A stretch of 64,000 bases of DNA from Candidatus Bathyarchaeota archaeon (lineage in GTDB: Archaea > Thermoproteota > Bathyarchaeia > Bathyarchaeales > Bathycorpusculaceae): contig CAWHXY010000004.1 of NCBI GenBank assembly GCA_963833575.1, positions 512,001-576,000 on the forward strand, in the 5' to 3' direction. The position numbers were made by a program, and so were the translations under genes. Below the pieces are notes generated by a model. The model did not search any database, was not told where the DNA came from, and was given only the letters and a program-made list of their open reading frames with translations. Shown piece by piece: positions 38,892-48,746 of this stretch (position 1 is its first letter; every line of letters begins with the position of its first letter).

Positions 38892-39929
38892 ATGATTGAA
38901 ATCGATGGCAGTGAAAAAAGCGGAAGCGGCACAATACTTCGTCTTTCCATAGCGTTAGCAGCAATCACAAAACAACAACTACATATCTTTAACATTAGGC
39001 AAAACCGCCCGCAGCCAGGCTTAAAACATCAACATTTAGAAGCAGTGCTTACAGCAGCCAGACTATGCAATGCCAAAGTGCAAGGGGCAAGCCTGGGTTC
39101 AAAAGAACTTTGGTTCAAGCCTCAAATAGTAACTGGCGGCAATATTGAAGCTGAAATTCAAACAGCAGGAAATATTCCAATGCTATTATTGGCGACATTG
39201 CCCATTTGTTTGTTCGCCGATAATCCCGTACGTTTACATGTAGCTAAAGGAGGAACAGATACCAGTCATGCACCCACGATCAACTATATGCGGTACGTTC
39301 TTCTACCCGCGTTAAAACAAATGGGAATTGAGGCAACGATAACGGTCCAAAAATACGGCTATTACCCTAAAGGAATGGGTGAAGTGACGATGATTGTCAA
39401 GCCTAATCGTAATCTAAAGCCTGTACAGCTTGAAGATTTTGGCAGGATCAAACGCATAATGGGTGTTTCAGTATGCACTTTTTTGGCTGACAGGCAGGTA
39501 GCAGAGAGGCAAGCTAAAACAGCACAAGATTACCTTTCACAAAAAGGCTATAACGCTACTGTTCAAATTATAAATGATGAGTCGAATCTCTATCAAAAGG
39601 GAAGCTCGATCGTGTTGTGGGCTGAAACGGAAACAGGAGTAATCATTGGCACTGATGCCATAGGTGAACTCCGTAAATTAAGTGAAGATGTGGGAAAAGA
39701 AGCCGCTGAAAAACTTTCCACTGAATTAGCTGCTAAGTCAACAGTTGATGTTTATTTAGCGGATATGCTGATCCCTTATATATCCTTGGCACAGGGCAAA
39801 TCAATATTTTTGACAAGATCAATTTCTGAGCATATTGAATCAAACATTTGGCTGATAGAAAAAATGTTAAATGTCAAATTCACCATTCAGAAAATAAACA
39901 ACCTGTACCGAATTGAAAAAAGTCGCTGA
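38892..39929 (+). CDS. rtcA: RNA 3'-terminal phosphate cyclase
   Basis: IEIDGS, R..PGLK.QHL, GGTD, GYYPKG.G, LADML, H..SN. Confidence 0.9.
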   Translation: MIEIDGSEKSGSGTILRLSIALAAITKQQLHIFNIRQNRPQPGLKHQHLEAVLTAARLCNAKVQGASLGSKELWFKPQIVTGGNIEAEIQTAGNIPMLLLATLPICLFADNPVRLHVAKGGTDTSHAPTINYMRYVLLPALKQMGIEATITVQKYGYYPKGMGEVTMIVKPNRNLKPVQLEDFGRIKRIMGVSVCTFLADRQVAERQAKTAQDYLSQKGYNATVQIINDESNLYQKGSSIVLWAETETGVIIGTDAIGELRKLSEDVGKEAAEKLSTELAAKSTVDVYLADMLIPYISLAQGKSIFLTRSISEHIESNIWLIEKMLNVKFTIQKINNLYRIEKSR

Positions 39930-39933
39930 TTTC

Positions 39934-41004
39934 ATGCCTAAATCAAGCATTTGCGTTAAAGTTCCTAAAAACCAAGGCCAGAAAACACTAGCCTTAGCAA
40001 ATAAACTTCAACTAACCGACAAATTATTAGAAATCCAGCGAAATGAAGACAATCTCTGCATCCCTTTAATTAGACAGCCTCAAGAGAACGAGTTAGTAAC
40101 AATTAGAAACCAGATACCTGAAATGCAAATAGCCACGGCAGTTTTCCTTGAAAAACAGTTACCATCAAAAACTCTCACTCAAGTTCTATCCAACGAATTG
40201 CCGCCGAATTTGCTGGCAACCTTACCTCAAGCACTAGACGTTGTGGGAGACATAGCTATTATAGAGATTCCAACAGACCTTAAACCATATGAAAACCTAA
40301 TCGGTGAAGCCATCCTGAAAACGCATCGAAACATAAAAACTGTGCTTGCAAAGGCTGGCGCAATAAGTGGAACCTACCGAGTCCGCGACTACAATTTTAT
40401 CGCTGGAGAACAAAAAACCAAAACAGTCAACAAGGAATTCGGAGTCACATACCATGTTGATGTAGCGAAAGCCTATTTTTCTCCCAGACTTTCACATGAA
40501 CATCAACGTGTGGCTTCTCTTGTTCAAGCGGGTGAAACTGTAGTGGATTTGTTTGCTGGAGTGGGACCATTCTCTGTTTTGATTGCGAAAAAAAACCCGA
40601 AAGTGAAAGTTTATGCGATTGATATTAATCCTGAAGCCGTTGAGTTACTAAAAGTTAACGCGAGGGTTAACAGGGTTGAAAACCGAGTCGTCCCTATTTT
40701 GGGAAACGCAAGGCAAATTGCCGCAACTACACTTAAAAATTCAGCTGACCGGGTTATAATGAATTTACCTGAAACGGCAATAGAATTTGTGGATGCCGCT
40801 TGCCAAGCGATCAAGCCAAAGGGGGGAATAATACATTTTTACGGTTTCGTTCGCTCACCCGACTCCATAGAAGATCTAAAACTACTCTTTTCTGGAGCCG
40901 CTGAGAAAACTGAAAGAAAATTAGAATCGTATATTTATGCAAAAAGTATCCGTGAAACCGCTCCCTACGAGTCGCAGATTGTTTTAGACGCTAAAATTGC
41001 TTAA
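39934..41004 (+). CDS. trm5: tRNA (guanine37-N1)-methyltransferase Trm5/Taw22 family
   Basis: DVVGDIA, YFSPRL, DLFAGVGPF, DINP, IMNLP. Confidence 0.85.
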   Translation: MPKSSICVKVPKNQGQKTLALANKLQLTDKLLEIQRNEDNLCIPLIRQPQENELVTIRNQIPEMQIATAVFLEKQLPSKTLTQVLSNELPPNLLATLPQALDVVGDIAIIEIPTDLKPYENLIGEAILKTHRNIKTVLAKAGAISGTYRVRDYNFIAGEQKTKTVNKEFGVTYHVDVAKAYFSPRLSHEHQRVASLVQAGETVVDLFAGVGPFSVLIAKKNPKVKVYAIDINPEAVELLKVNARVNRVENRVVPILGNARQIAATTLKNSADRVIMNLPETAIEFVDAACQAIKPKGGIIHFYGFVRSPDSIEDLKLLFSGAAEKTERKLESYIYAKSIRETAPYESQIVLDAKIA

Positions 41005-41435
41005 CTCTCAACAATTAGCGTAATGTTAACTTTTTGTCTTGGATTTTTTAATTTCTCTACTAGCGCTCTTAACAGATCGTTTGATGATTTATCAGCGTAA
41101 ATTGCTAAAGTTCGGTCTGAGATGAAATCGCTTTTTCTAATCACCACATCGTTTTGATTAGTTAAAGTCAACTCAGAGGACCCTAAAGCGATTATTTGAT
41201 CGGTTAAGCCTCCAGCTTCAATAATTATGGTTAGTTTAGCATTTGGCTTTCTCAGAGCGTCCTTGAATTTTTGGTTTAAGTCTGTTCCTGCCTTATCTGC
41301 TGCTACACCGATTATACAATCGCCAGCGTTTGAAAGATATTTTTCCTTGGTAAACATCAAAGTTGAAGGGTGAATAGCTTGAATGTTTTCATGACCAAAA
41401 GCTACTATGTGTTCTTGAATGAGTTTAGCATTCAA
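41001..41435 (-). CDS. DUF371 family protein
   Basis: GHENI.A.H, GDCIIGV, VIRKSDF...RTL. Confidence 0.8.
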   Translation of the reverse strand: MNAKLIQEHIVAFGHENIQAIHPSTLMFTKEKYLSNAGDCIIGVAADKAGTDLNQKFKDALRKPNAKLTIIIEAGGLTDQIIALGSSELTLTNQNDVVIRKSDFISDRTLAIYADKSSNDLLRALVEKLKNPRQKVNITLIVES

Positions 41436-42398
41436 TTACTCGTTAACCTCAATTGAATCTACTTTGCCATCGCCATCCAGGTCAAAACCTTGAATCGCAA
41501 CCGCGAAGGTGTCCTCAGTATTGTATTTTTGCAAGGTTTTCTTCCAAAAATTAGTCAGCGCAAGAACGCACGCTTTTGTTCCTACCGCTTTGTTCCCTGC
41601 TAAAATAACAATACACTTGGTTTTATCCCATGGATTAGGGATTTTAGCAACTAATCCTGAAGCATCCGAAGTGTAAACCTGCATAGATCTTTTTGACGAC
41701 AACCCCCCGAGCAGGAAACCTTGCTCTGATGACTGCATTATGAACTTAATTGGTAAATACTCGTTAATTTCCTGCGTGAGAAGATTTGTACCTGGACCTC
41801 CAACAAGGATTAAATTATTTTTTTCTTCTTTCTCTACTTTCACGTCAACATCTAGCTTCACTGCAAATTCGGTAGGCATTTGAGCGAATTGTCCCAAGAA
41901 AAGAGCTAGATGCGCTGCATAGTGACCGTCTCGCGCGCTGGTTTTAAATGGCCCATGAGGTTGAGGGCTACCTACAACTATTTTTCCATCAAAGACGCCA
42001 TTTGATATGAATTCTTTGAAGAAATCTTGAAGTTGTTTGTCAGTGCTTAAGAGACAAACGTTTTGGATTGGTTTGTAGCCAAAGGGGAACTCGATTCCAA
42101 AAGCTGGTGAGACAGTTTTGTAGTACTTCGCTATCGCGCCCTTCTTTTTTTCTTCCCGTTGGACCGTTATGGCTCCTGCTTTGGCCAGTTTTCTTATGTG
42201 GTAGTAGACTTTTTGCTCATGCATACCTAGTTGCCTCGCGAGTTCTAAGGGGTACATTTCTTTCTTGGATAGTAAGGTTAGGATTTTCCAGCTTAGGCTA
42301 CCTAGTATCATTTTTAACTTTTGGGAATCTTCTGTTATGCTGATTTCTTTTACCTCTAGAATGTTTCCTTTGTCGTGCAGAAGCAGTTTTTTGTCCAT
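41436..42398 (-). CDS. ArsR-type HTH regulator fused to a C-terminal alpha/beta domain
   Basis: YP.ELAR.LG..EQKVYYHIRKL HTH; NLILVGGPGTN; DLDGDGKVD tail. Confidence 0.75.
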   Translation of the reverse strand: MDKKLLLHDKGNILEVKEISITEDSQKLKMILGSLSWKILTLLSKKEMYPLELARQLGMHEQKVYYHIRKLAKAGAITVQREEKKKGAIAKYYKTVSPAFGIEFPFGYKPIQNVCLLSTDKQLQDFFKEFISNGVFDGKIVVGSPQPHGPFKTSARDGHYAAHLALFLGQFAQMPTEFAVKLDVDVKVEKEEKNNLILVGGPGTNLLTQEINEYLPIKFIMQSSEQGFLLGGLSSKRSMQVYTSDASGLVAKIPNPWDKTKCIVILAGNKAVGTKACVLALTNFWKKTLQKYNTEDTFAVAIQGFDLDGDGKVDSIEVNE

Positions 42399-42618
42399 TT
42401 GCGGTCAGAAGGAAGTTATATGAAGGTACTATAAAAAATTTATTTATAACGGTTATCAAATTTTTTGTTTTCCGCGTGCAATCTATGCTTACACTTGCGT
42501 GAAAAGACGTATAATCTGCTAAAAAAAAATTTGTAGTGGTCACACTCAAATGCTAAAAATCCTTATTAGCAAAACAAATGTTGATATTTATAACTTTAAG
42601 AAAAAGAGGCACTAATAA

Positions 42619-44448
42619 ATGTGTGGAATATTCGGCTGCGTTTTAAAAGAAGGAAACGCCGCACCTTTAATACATTCATCACTCAAACGGCTAGAATACC
42701 GCGGATACGATTCAGTAGGTATAGCAACACTCTCGGATGGAAAAATTTTTCTAAAAAAGGATTCGGGAAAAATTGACGAAGTCCATAAAATTGTAAACCT
42801 TGATGACTTACCAGGCAGCATAGGTATTGGCCATACACGTTGGGCAACGCATGGTGCACCCCTAAAAGTTAATTCTCACCCTCATTCCGACTGCGCAGGA
42901 GAAATAGTCGTTGTTCACAACGGAATCATCGAAAACTTCATGGAACTCAAAAACGAACTACAAAATCTTGATCACACGTTTGTTTCAAAAACAGACACCG
43001 AAGTGATTCCACATCTTATCGAGCAAACCATCAAAGATAACCCGAAACTCGCATTAGTAGATGCAGTTCAAGCAACCCTCAAACGTCTCGAAGGCTCCTA
43101 TGCACTTGCCATAATCTCCACAAAAGAGCCAGACAAAATCATATGCGCCAGAAATGAGAGCCCCCTGGTTTTAGGCATCAATGGCAAAGGCGTTTTTTGC
43201 GCCTCAGATATTCCAGCATTCTTGCCTGTTACAAACAAAGCAGTCATGATAAATAACGGCGAACTGGTTATTCTGACGACCCAAGGATATGAAATCAGAA
43301 AAATCCAAGATTCCAGCCCTGTCAACCGCGAACCAATAACCATTGACTGGACGGCTGAAATGGCGGTCAAACAAGGGTATCCACACTTCATGATTAAAGA
43401 GATCCACGAGCAACCTGAAACCCTACGCAACACTCTTCGCATGCAGGAACATTACTTAGAATTAATGTCAACATTTCTAGATCGGGCAAACGAGGTTTTT
43501 CTCGTCGCTTGCGGAACAAGCTACCACGCGTGTTTAGCAGCTTCATACATGTTTTCTAAACTTGCATTTTTGCCAACTTATCCAGTATATGCTTCAGAAT
43601 TTATAGAACAACATGGCAAATCAGTAAGCATTGACAGCACCATTTTAGCGGTTAGTCAATCAGGCGAAACAGCCGACACTATCGCAGCCGTTACCTGCGC
43701 CCAACAACGTGCAGCTACCATTCTAAGCTTAACTAACGTGATTGGCTCTAGTTTGACACGTATTTCTCGTGTTTATATTGGCACGCAAGCTGGTCCAGAG
43801 ATTGGAGTTGCAGCAACCAAAACTTTTACGTCTCAGCTTTCCGTGCTAGCGCAACTTGCGCTTCGATTAGCAAAGAAAAGAGGCAAAGTTTCACAGGATG
43901 AAATAGATAGTCTTGAAGCAAATTTGGATAAATTACCTGAAATTGCTGATAAAATAGTTAAGACGCAAGAAGAAAAAGTTAAGCGAATAGCCAAGAAATA
44001 CAAGGATTCGAAAGTGTTCTTTTTCTTAGGCAGAGGAATCAGCACCGCCACTGCTTATGAAGGCAGATTGAAACTAATGGAAATTGCTTATATTCCATCG
44101 ATAGCGTTTCCCGCAGGCGAAAGCAAGCACGGCCCAATTAGTCTGGTCGAAAATGGTTTTCCTGTAGTTTTCGTTTGCCCAAAAGATGATTGCCACAAGA
44201 CGCTAGTTGGTAACATTATGGAGATGAAAGCCAGAGGAGCCAACATAATTGCTATCGTCGAAGAAGGAGATGCAGACATCAAATCGTTAGCTGATGAGTA
44301 CATTGAGGTCCCCAAAGGAATCCCAGGCGTTCTGTCGCCAATTCCATATGCAGTCCCCCTGCAGCTTTTAGCGTATTATATTGCCCTCGAGAAAGGATAC
44401 AATCCAGACATGCCAAGAAACTTGGCAAAATGCGTTACTGTAAAGTAA
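42619..44448 (+). CDS. glmS: Glutamine--fructose-6-phosphate aminotransferase
   Basis: MCGI N-terminal Cys, LEYRGYDS, GHTRWATHG, SQSGET, PRNLAK.VT. Confidence 0.95.
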   Translation: MCGIFGCVLKEGNAAPLIHSSLKRLEYRGYDSVGIATLSDGKIFLKKDSGKIDEVHKIVNLDDLPGSIGIGHTRWATHGAPLKVNSHPHSDCAGEIVVVHNGIIENFMELKNELQNLDHTFVSKTDTEVIPHLIEQTIKDNPKLALVDAVQATLKRLEGSYALAIISTKEPDKIICARNESPLVLGINGKGVFCASDIPAFLPVTNKAVMINNGELVILTTQGYEIRKIQDSSPVNREPITIDWTAEMAVKQGYPHFMIKEIHEQPETLRNTLRMQEHYLELMSTFLDRANEVFLVACGTSYHACLAASYMFSKLAFLPTYPVYASEFIEQHGKSVSIDSTILAVSQSGETADTIAAVTCAQQRAATILSLTNVIGSSLTRISRVYIGTQAGPEIGVAATKTFTSQLSVLAQLALRLAKKRGKVSQDEIDSLEANLDKLPEIADKIVKTQEEKVKRIAKKYKDSKVFFFLGRGISTATAYEGRLKLMEIAYIPSIAFPAGESKHGPISLVENGFPVVFVCPKDDCHKTLVGNIMEMKARGANIIAIVEEGDADIKSLADEYIEVPKGIPGVLSPIPYAVPLQLLAYYIALEKGYNPDMPRNLAKCVTVK

Positions 44449-44489
44449 CCTTCTTTTTAATTTTCGTTGTTCTAAACAAATTTACTGCT

Positions 44490-45524
44490 TTACCCGAACC
44501 ACTTTTCCAATGATACCTTAGCCTTCTGTTTTTTAGAGCCTTCCATCATTTTATCTAAAGATTTTCTTACCCTATCTTCAGAGAATTCCTTTTGTCGGCA
44601 CATGAAATCTATCACACTTTCAACATTTGGCTCTTTCCAACATAAGGTGTAGTTGTCTGTGACTTCAGGATGCAGAAAGACAGCTCTTATGCAATTTGGA
44701 TCAACTGGAAAACTCGCATTCTTTACATATGGAAGAGCTTTCTCCAATGTTCCATATTGCTTGATTAGTTTGAGAGCAGTTTTTGGTCCTAGCCCTTTTA
44801 TGCCATTTGGATTAAAGTCTGTGCCAATTAAAATACCAATATCAATGAGTTGTTCGTAACTTAAACCCAATTCGTTTAATGTTTTTGAAAGTTCCATTAC
44901 TTCAGGCAAAACTTCAACGTAAACATTTTTGCTTGGTACCTTCCGTCTACCAGAAATTGTAATGTTTCGCAGCATTTTGGGGGCTCCAAACAAAAGGCTA
45001 TCGTAATCCTGGCTTGCGCAGTAATCTGCATGGCCGCGTTTGGTCATGTGGGCGGCTTGGGCTTCACCTTCGCTTGGCGCTTGAATCCAGGGCAATCCCA
45101 TGAAGCCCAACAGTTTCATGGCATCATCTTTCATGTAGTCCTTCATTGTCATGGAAGCCTGCGCAAACATCCTCATTTTGGCTGTGTCACCTTTTGCAAC
45201 GGCTTTGTCATAATGCACTGATGCCTCCACCTTGACTTGCCTACGCCGTTCGATCTCAGCTGCTTTCAAAGTTGGTGGAATGCCGTCGAAAACGTAGATT
45301 GGCTTTATGCCCATTTCTACAAGGTTGCTAGTGCGATAGAATAAGCCGCTTAGATGACTAGTGATTTTACCCAGACTGTCTTTCAAAGGTGTACCGTCAG
45401 GTTGCCGTATGATCGCAAGGAATTGGTATATTGCATTATAAGCGTCAATAGCTATGATTTTACCGCTCAGATCCTCTAATTTAACTGGAGTTTTAGGAAC
45501 AAGGTCTTTGAAGTCTACGCCCAA
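44490..45524 (-). CDS. fen: Flap endonuclease 1
   Basis: MGV, DAYN, EGEAQ, SQDYD, GTDFN, PIP-like SLEKWF; TTG start. Confidence 0.95.
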   Translation of the reverse strand: MGVDFKDLVPKTPVKLEDLSGKIIAIDAYNAIYQFLAIIRQPDGTPLKDSLGKITSHLSGLFYRTSNLVEMGIKPIYVFDGIPPTLKAAEIERRRQVKVEASVHYDKAVAKGDTAKMRMFAQASMTMKDYMKDDAMKLLGFMGLPWIQAPSEGEAQAAHMTKRGHADYCASQDYDSLLFGAPKMLRNITISGRRKVPSKNVYVEVLPEVMELSKTLNELGLSYEQLIDIGILIGTDFNPNGIKGLGPKTALKLIKQYGTLEKALPYVKNASFPVDPNCIRAVFLHPEVTDNYTLCWKEPNVESVIDFMCRQKEFSEDRVRKSLDKMMEGSKKQKAKVSLEKWFG

Positions 45525-45669
45525 AACTTATCACGAAATAAATAGGAAAGCAACTTTCTTAATAAACTTCATGAAAACTATTCCTATTAAAACTACCGTG
45601 TTATTGTTACGCCCTAAGCATAGCAGATATAAGGAACCCTTACAATTAAAACCGCAAGAGATGTAGATT

Positions 45670-45849
45670 ATGACAGAAAGACTGTCCTTAGTTACATGTA
45701 CAAGCTGCGGCAAACCTATTCCGCCAGGCAGCGAATCAACAAAATTCCTCTGCCCTAACTGTGGAGAAATCCAAATTAAACGGGACGGAAAATGCCGCAA
45801 ATTCGGTCGTCTATACAAGTGCCCAAAATGCGGTTTCACTGGACCATAA
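45670..45849 (+). CDS. DUF1610-type zinc-finger microprotein (HVO_2753-like)
   Basis: 59 aa: CTSCG...CPNCG...DGKC...CPKCGFTGP; conserved position before EF-1beta; below the ORF-track cutoff. Confidence 0.85.
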   Translation: MTERLSLVTCTSCGKPIPPGSESTKFLCPNCGEIQIKRDGKCRKFGRLYKCPKCGFTGP

Positions 45850-45861
45850 AGGCGATAATAA

Positions 45862-46140
45862 ATGGGAAGCGTTATTGTAACATACAAAGTTTTTCCAGAA
45901 GATATCATGGAAAGTTTTGACGGTCTCAAAAAACAAATTGACAACATTAAACCCGAGTTCGCTTCAATTGAGGGATACGGCGAGGAACCCGTAGCTTTTG
46001 GATTAGTAGCGCTTCTTGTTCAACTGAAATTTCCGGAAGATAAAGGTGGCGTTGTTGACGAGTTTGAAGAAAAACTCGGCAAAATCCCTGGCGTCAGCCA
46101 AGCGCAATGCATGTTTGTTCGCAGAAGCAGCAGAGATTAA
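45862..46140 (+). CDS. ef1b: Elongation factor 1-beta
   Basis: KVFPED, EPVAFGL.AL. Confidence 0.9.
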   Translation: MGSVIVTYKVFPEDIMESFDGLKKQIDNIKPEFASIEGYGEEPVAFGLVALLVQLKFPEDKGGVVDEFEEKLGKIPGVSQAQCMFVRRSSRD

Positions 46141-46287
46141 CCAAGCCTTATTTTATTTCAAGAAGCCTTCAATCTTGTTGCTTACAAGCACCTGAATGTT
46201 TTAGCCGTTACGCTTTAAAGTTTATATAGGAACTAAATGTTCTTTTCAAACATAACCGTTAGCTTCAGATTATTTGGAGGATTCTGA

Positions 46288-48495
46288 ATGAGTGAAATTC
46301 AATTACGCGTTGGAGACGCAAGGCAAAGAGATGTGGGCAGAGGAATCGCCCGCATAGACCAACGAACAATGCAGAAATTAGGCATAAGCGCAGGCGACGT
46401 AATAGAAATAATAAATAAACGCACAACCTCAGCCATCGCTTGGCCAGCTTACAGTGAAGACCAAAACCGCGATATAATCCGCATTGACGGATACACGCGC
46501 AAAAACACCGGCGTTGCCATAAATGAGTACGTTGTTGTTCGACCAGCAAAAGTCAAAACTGCATTAAGCATAACACTTGCACCAGTAGATATGCGATTAA
46601 ATGTTGACGAAGACTTCACCAACTTTGTCAAAAACCGCCTAATGGAACGCACCTTGGTGGAAGGTGACACTACCTTAGTCATGATGCTGGGACATGCCAT
46701 ACCATTCACAGTTTCAAAAACTCGACCTCATGGCATAATAAAAGTAACAGCTGAAACACGCTTAACTATACTAAACGAGCCAGCACCTGAAGGCAAGGGA
46801 TTACCAAGAACAACATACGAAGACATTGGAGGTCTACATGAAGAAATCCAACGGGTACGCGAAATGGTCGAATTGCCACTGCGGCACCCAGAACTATTCC
46901 AACGTTTAGGAATTGAACCTCCAAAAGGAGTACTGCTTCACGGTCCACCAGGATGCGGCAAAACCTTACTAGCCAGAGCAGTCGCCAACGAGTCAGAAGC
47001 CAACTTTTACTCCATTAACGGCCCCGAAATCATGAGCAAATTTTACGGTGAATCCGAAGCTCGCTTACGAGAAATCTTCCAGCAAGCACAACAAAATGCT
47101 CCGAGCATAATTTTCGTGGACGAACTCGATGCAATAGCACCTAAACGAGAAGAAGTCACAGGCGAAGTTGAAAGACGTGTTGTTGCACAACTCCTTGCAT
47201 TGATGGATGGATTAGGTGGAAGAGGAAACGTCATAGTTATCGGCGCAACTAACCGTCCAAGCGCATTAGATCCCGCATTGCGAAGACCAGGAAGATTCGA
47301 CAGGGAAATAGAAATCGGAGTTCCAGACAAGAAAGGGCGTTACGAAGTTCTTCAAATCCACACAAGAGGTATGCCTCTTCACGGAATTGAGAAAAGTGCA
47401 TCAGCAGAAAAGTCTCCAGAAGACGTCGATCTCAAAAAACTTGCCGACATGACACATGGCTATACAGGTGCAGACCTATCAGCGCTAGGAAGAGAAACAG
47501 CAATGAAAGCTCTCCGCAGATACTTGCCACAAATAAACCTTGAAGAAGAACGAATTCCTCCGGCAGTTTTGGAGAAGATGGAAGTTTTAATGAGCGATTT
47601 CCTTGGCGCTTACAAAGAAGTGACACCCACAGCGATGCGCGAAGTCTACATAGAAGTTTCAACCGTGCACTGGGAAGACGCAGGTGGACTTGAAGAGGTA
47701 AAAGAACATCTCAAAGAATCTGTAGAGTGGCCAATTAAGAATCCTGAAATGTTCACTCGACTTGGAATTAGACCGCCAAAAGGCATATTGCTTTATGGTC
47801 CACCAGGATGCGGCAAAACCTTACTAGCCCGAGCAGTCGCGACTGAAAGTGAAGCTAATTTCATATCCATCAAAGGTCCCGAAGTATTCTCTAAATGGGT
47901 TGGAGAGTCAGAAAAAGCTATACGTGAAGTGTTCCGCAAAGCGCGTATGGCAGCTCCTGCAGTCATTTTCCTTGACGAGATTGATTCTCTTACGCCTAGA
48001 CGCGGCATGGGTATGTCTGACAGCGGTGTCTCAGAACGTGTCATAAGCCAACTCCTAACAGAAATGGATGGAATAACCACCTTGCAAGATATTGTGGTTA
48101 TCGCGGCAACAAACCGCCCAGACATGGTGGATTCTGCAGTTTTGCGTCCTGGAAGATTCGATAGGCTAATTTATGTGCCTGAACCAGATGAAAAGAGCCG
48201 CTTGCAAATACTCAAAATCTACACGAAAGGCATGCCAGTTAGCAAAGACATTGATTTAAACCAGTTAACAACATGCACTAAGTACTATTCTGGTGCGGAC
48301 ATTGAATCTTTGTGTAGAGAAGCTGCGATGCACGCGTTAAGAAGGGATGTTAACTCCACAGAAGTGACCATGAAGGACTTCTTAGATGCTTTGAAAGAAA
48401 TGGGTCCATCAATTTCGGCCGATATGGAGAAATGGTACAAGAGTTTCATGCAACAAGTCCGACAAGTACAAAAGCCCCAGACACCAGTTGCATAA
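46288..48495 (+). CDS. cdc48: CDC48/VCP AAA+ ATPase
   Basis: N domain plus two AAA modules ([10 protein letters not shown] Walker B, RPGRFDR). Confidence 0.95.
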   Translation: MSEIQLRVGDARQRDVGRGIARIDQRTMQKLGISAGDVIEIINKRTTSAIAWPAYSEDQNRDIIRIDGYTRKNTGVAINEYVVVRPAKVKTALSITLAPVDMRLNVDEDFTNFVKNRLMERTLVEGDTTLVMMLGHAIPFTVSKTRPHGIIKVTAETRLTILNEPAPEGKGLPRTTYEDIGGLHEEIQRVREMVELPLRHPELFQRLGIEPPKGVLLHGPPGCGKTLLARAVANESEANFYSINGPEIMSKFYGESEARLREIFQQAQQNAPSIIFVDELDAIAPKREEVTGEVERRVVAQLLALMDGLGGRGNVIVIGATNRPSALDPALRRPGRFDREIEIGVPDKKGRYEVLQIHTRGMPLHGIEKSASAEKSPEDVDLKKLADMTHGYTGADLSALGRETAMKALRRYLPQINLEEERIPPAVLEKMEVLMSDFLGAYKEVTPTAMREVYIEVSTVHWEDAGGLEEVKEHLKESVEWPIKNPEMFTRLGIRPPKGILLYGPPGCGKTLLARAVATESEANFISIKGPEVFSKWVGESEKAIREVFRKARMAAPAVIFLDEIDSLTPRRGMGMSDSGVSERVISQLLTEMDGITTLQDIVVIAATNRPDMVDSAVLRPGRFDRLIYVPEPDEKSRLQILKIYTKGMPVSKDIDLNQLTTCTKYYSGADIESLCREAAMHALRRDVNSTEVTMKDFLDALKEMGPSISADMEKWYKSFMQQVRQVQKPQTPVA
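46942..46985 (+). repeat. Copy 1 of an intragenic direct repeat (D1 Walker A); copy 2 at 47797-47840
   Basis: GGTCCACCAGGATGCGGCAAAACCTTACTAGCC identical over 33 nt, 43/44 nt overall. Confidence 0.8.
47797..47840 (+). repeat. Copy 2 of the intragenic direct repeat (D2 Walker A)
   Basis: Matches 46942-46985 with one mismatch. Confidence 0.8.
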
Positions 48496-48508
48496 AGAAG
48501 GAACGCTT

Positions 48509-48739
48509 ATGCCACAGATAAAAATTTGGAAAACACGGCCCGCTTACTTTGTTGCATTGGAAATTCTTACCAAAAAAGGCGACTTGACTGATGATGAATT
48601 GTTTAGTCAGATAAAAAGCGAATTTGAAGATTTAGGGTTTAAAGACTTCAACGACTTACTGCTAAAGCTGGAGGTAAGCGGCAAAGTCCGCACTTCATCC
48701 ATGGCGCGGGGAAAACGCCGAATCGAGTTAGTCCAGTAA
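48509..48739 (+). CDS. Small winged-helix protein downstream of cdc48
   Basis: LTDDELF...LLKLEVSGKV wHTH pattern; ATG at 48509. Confidence 0.65.
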   Translation: MPQIKIWKTRPAYFVALEILTKKGDLTDDELFSQIKSEFEDLGFKDFNDLLLKLEVSGKVRTSSMARGKRRIELVQ

Positions 48740-48746
48740 AATAACG

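Noticed and set aside
42400-42618. glmS ribozyme upstream of glmS
   Set aside because: The region is short and AT-rich with TATA-like tracts and no recognisable ribozyme core; the host is archaeal
45531-45947. 138-aa minus-strand ORF from the track
   Set aside because: Antisense shadow of the DUF1610 zinc finger and EF-1beta
47375-47425. Short insertion in cdc48 D1 ([13 protein letters not shown]) as a possible intein remnant
   Set aside because: Only about a dozen residues with no intein terminal motifs; this position is a variable loop in CDC48 proteins
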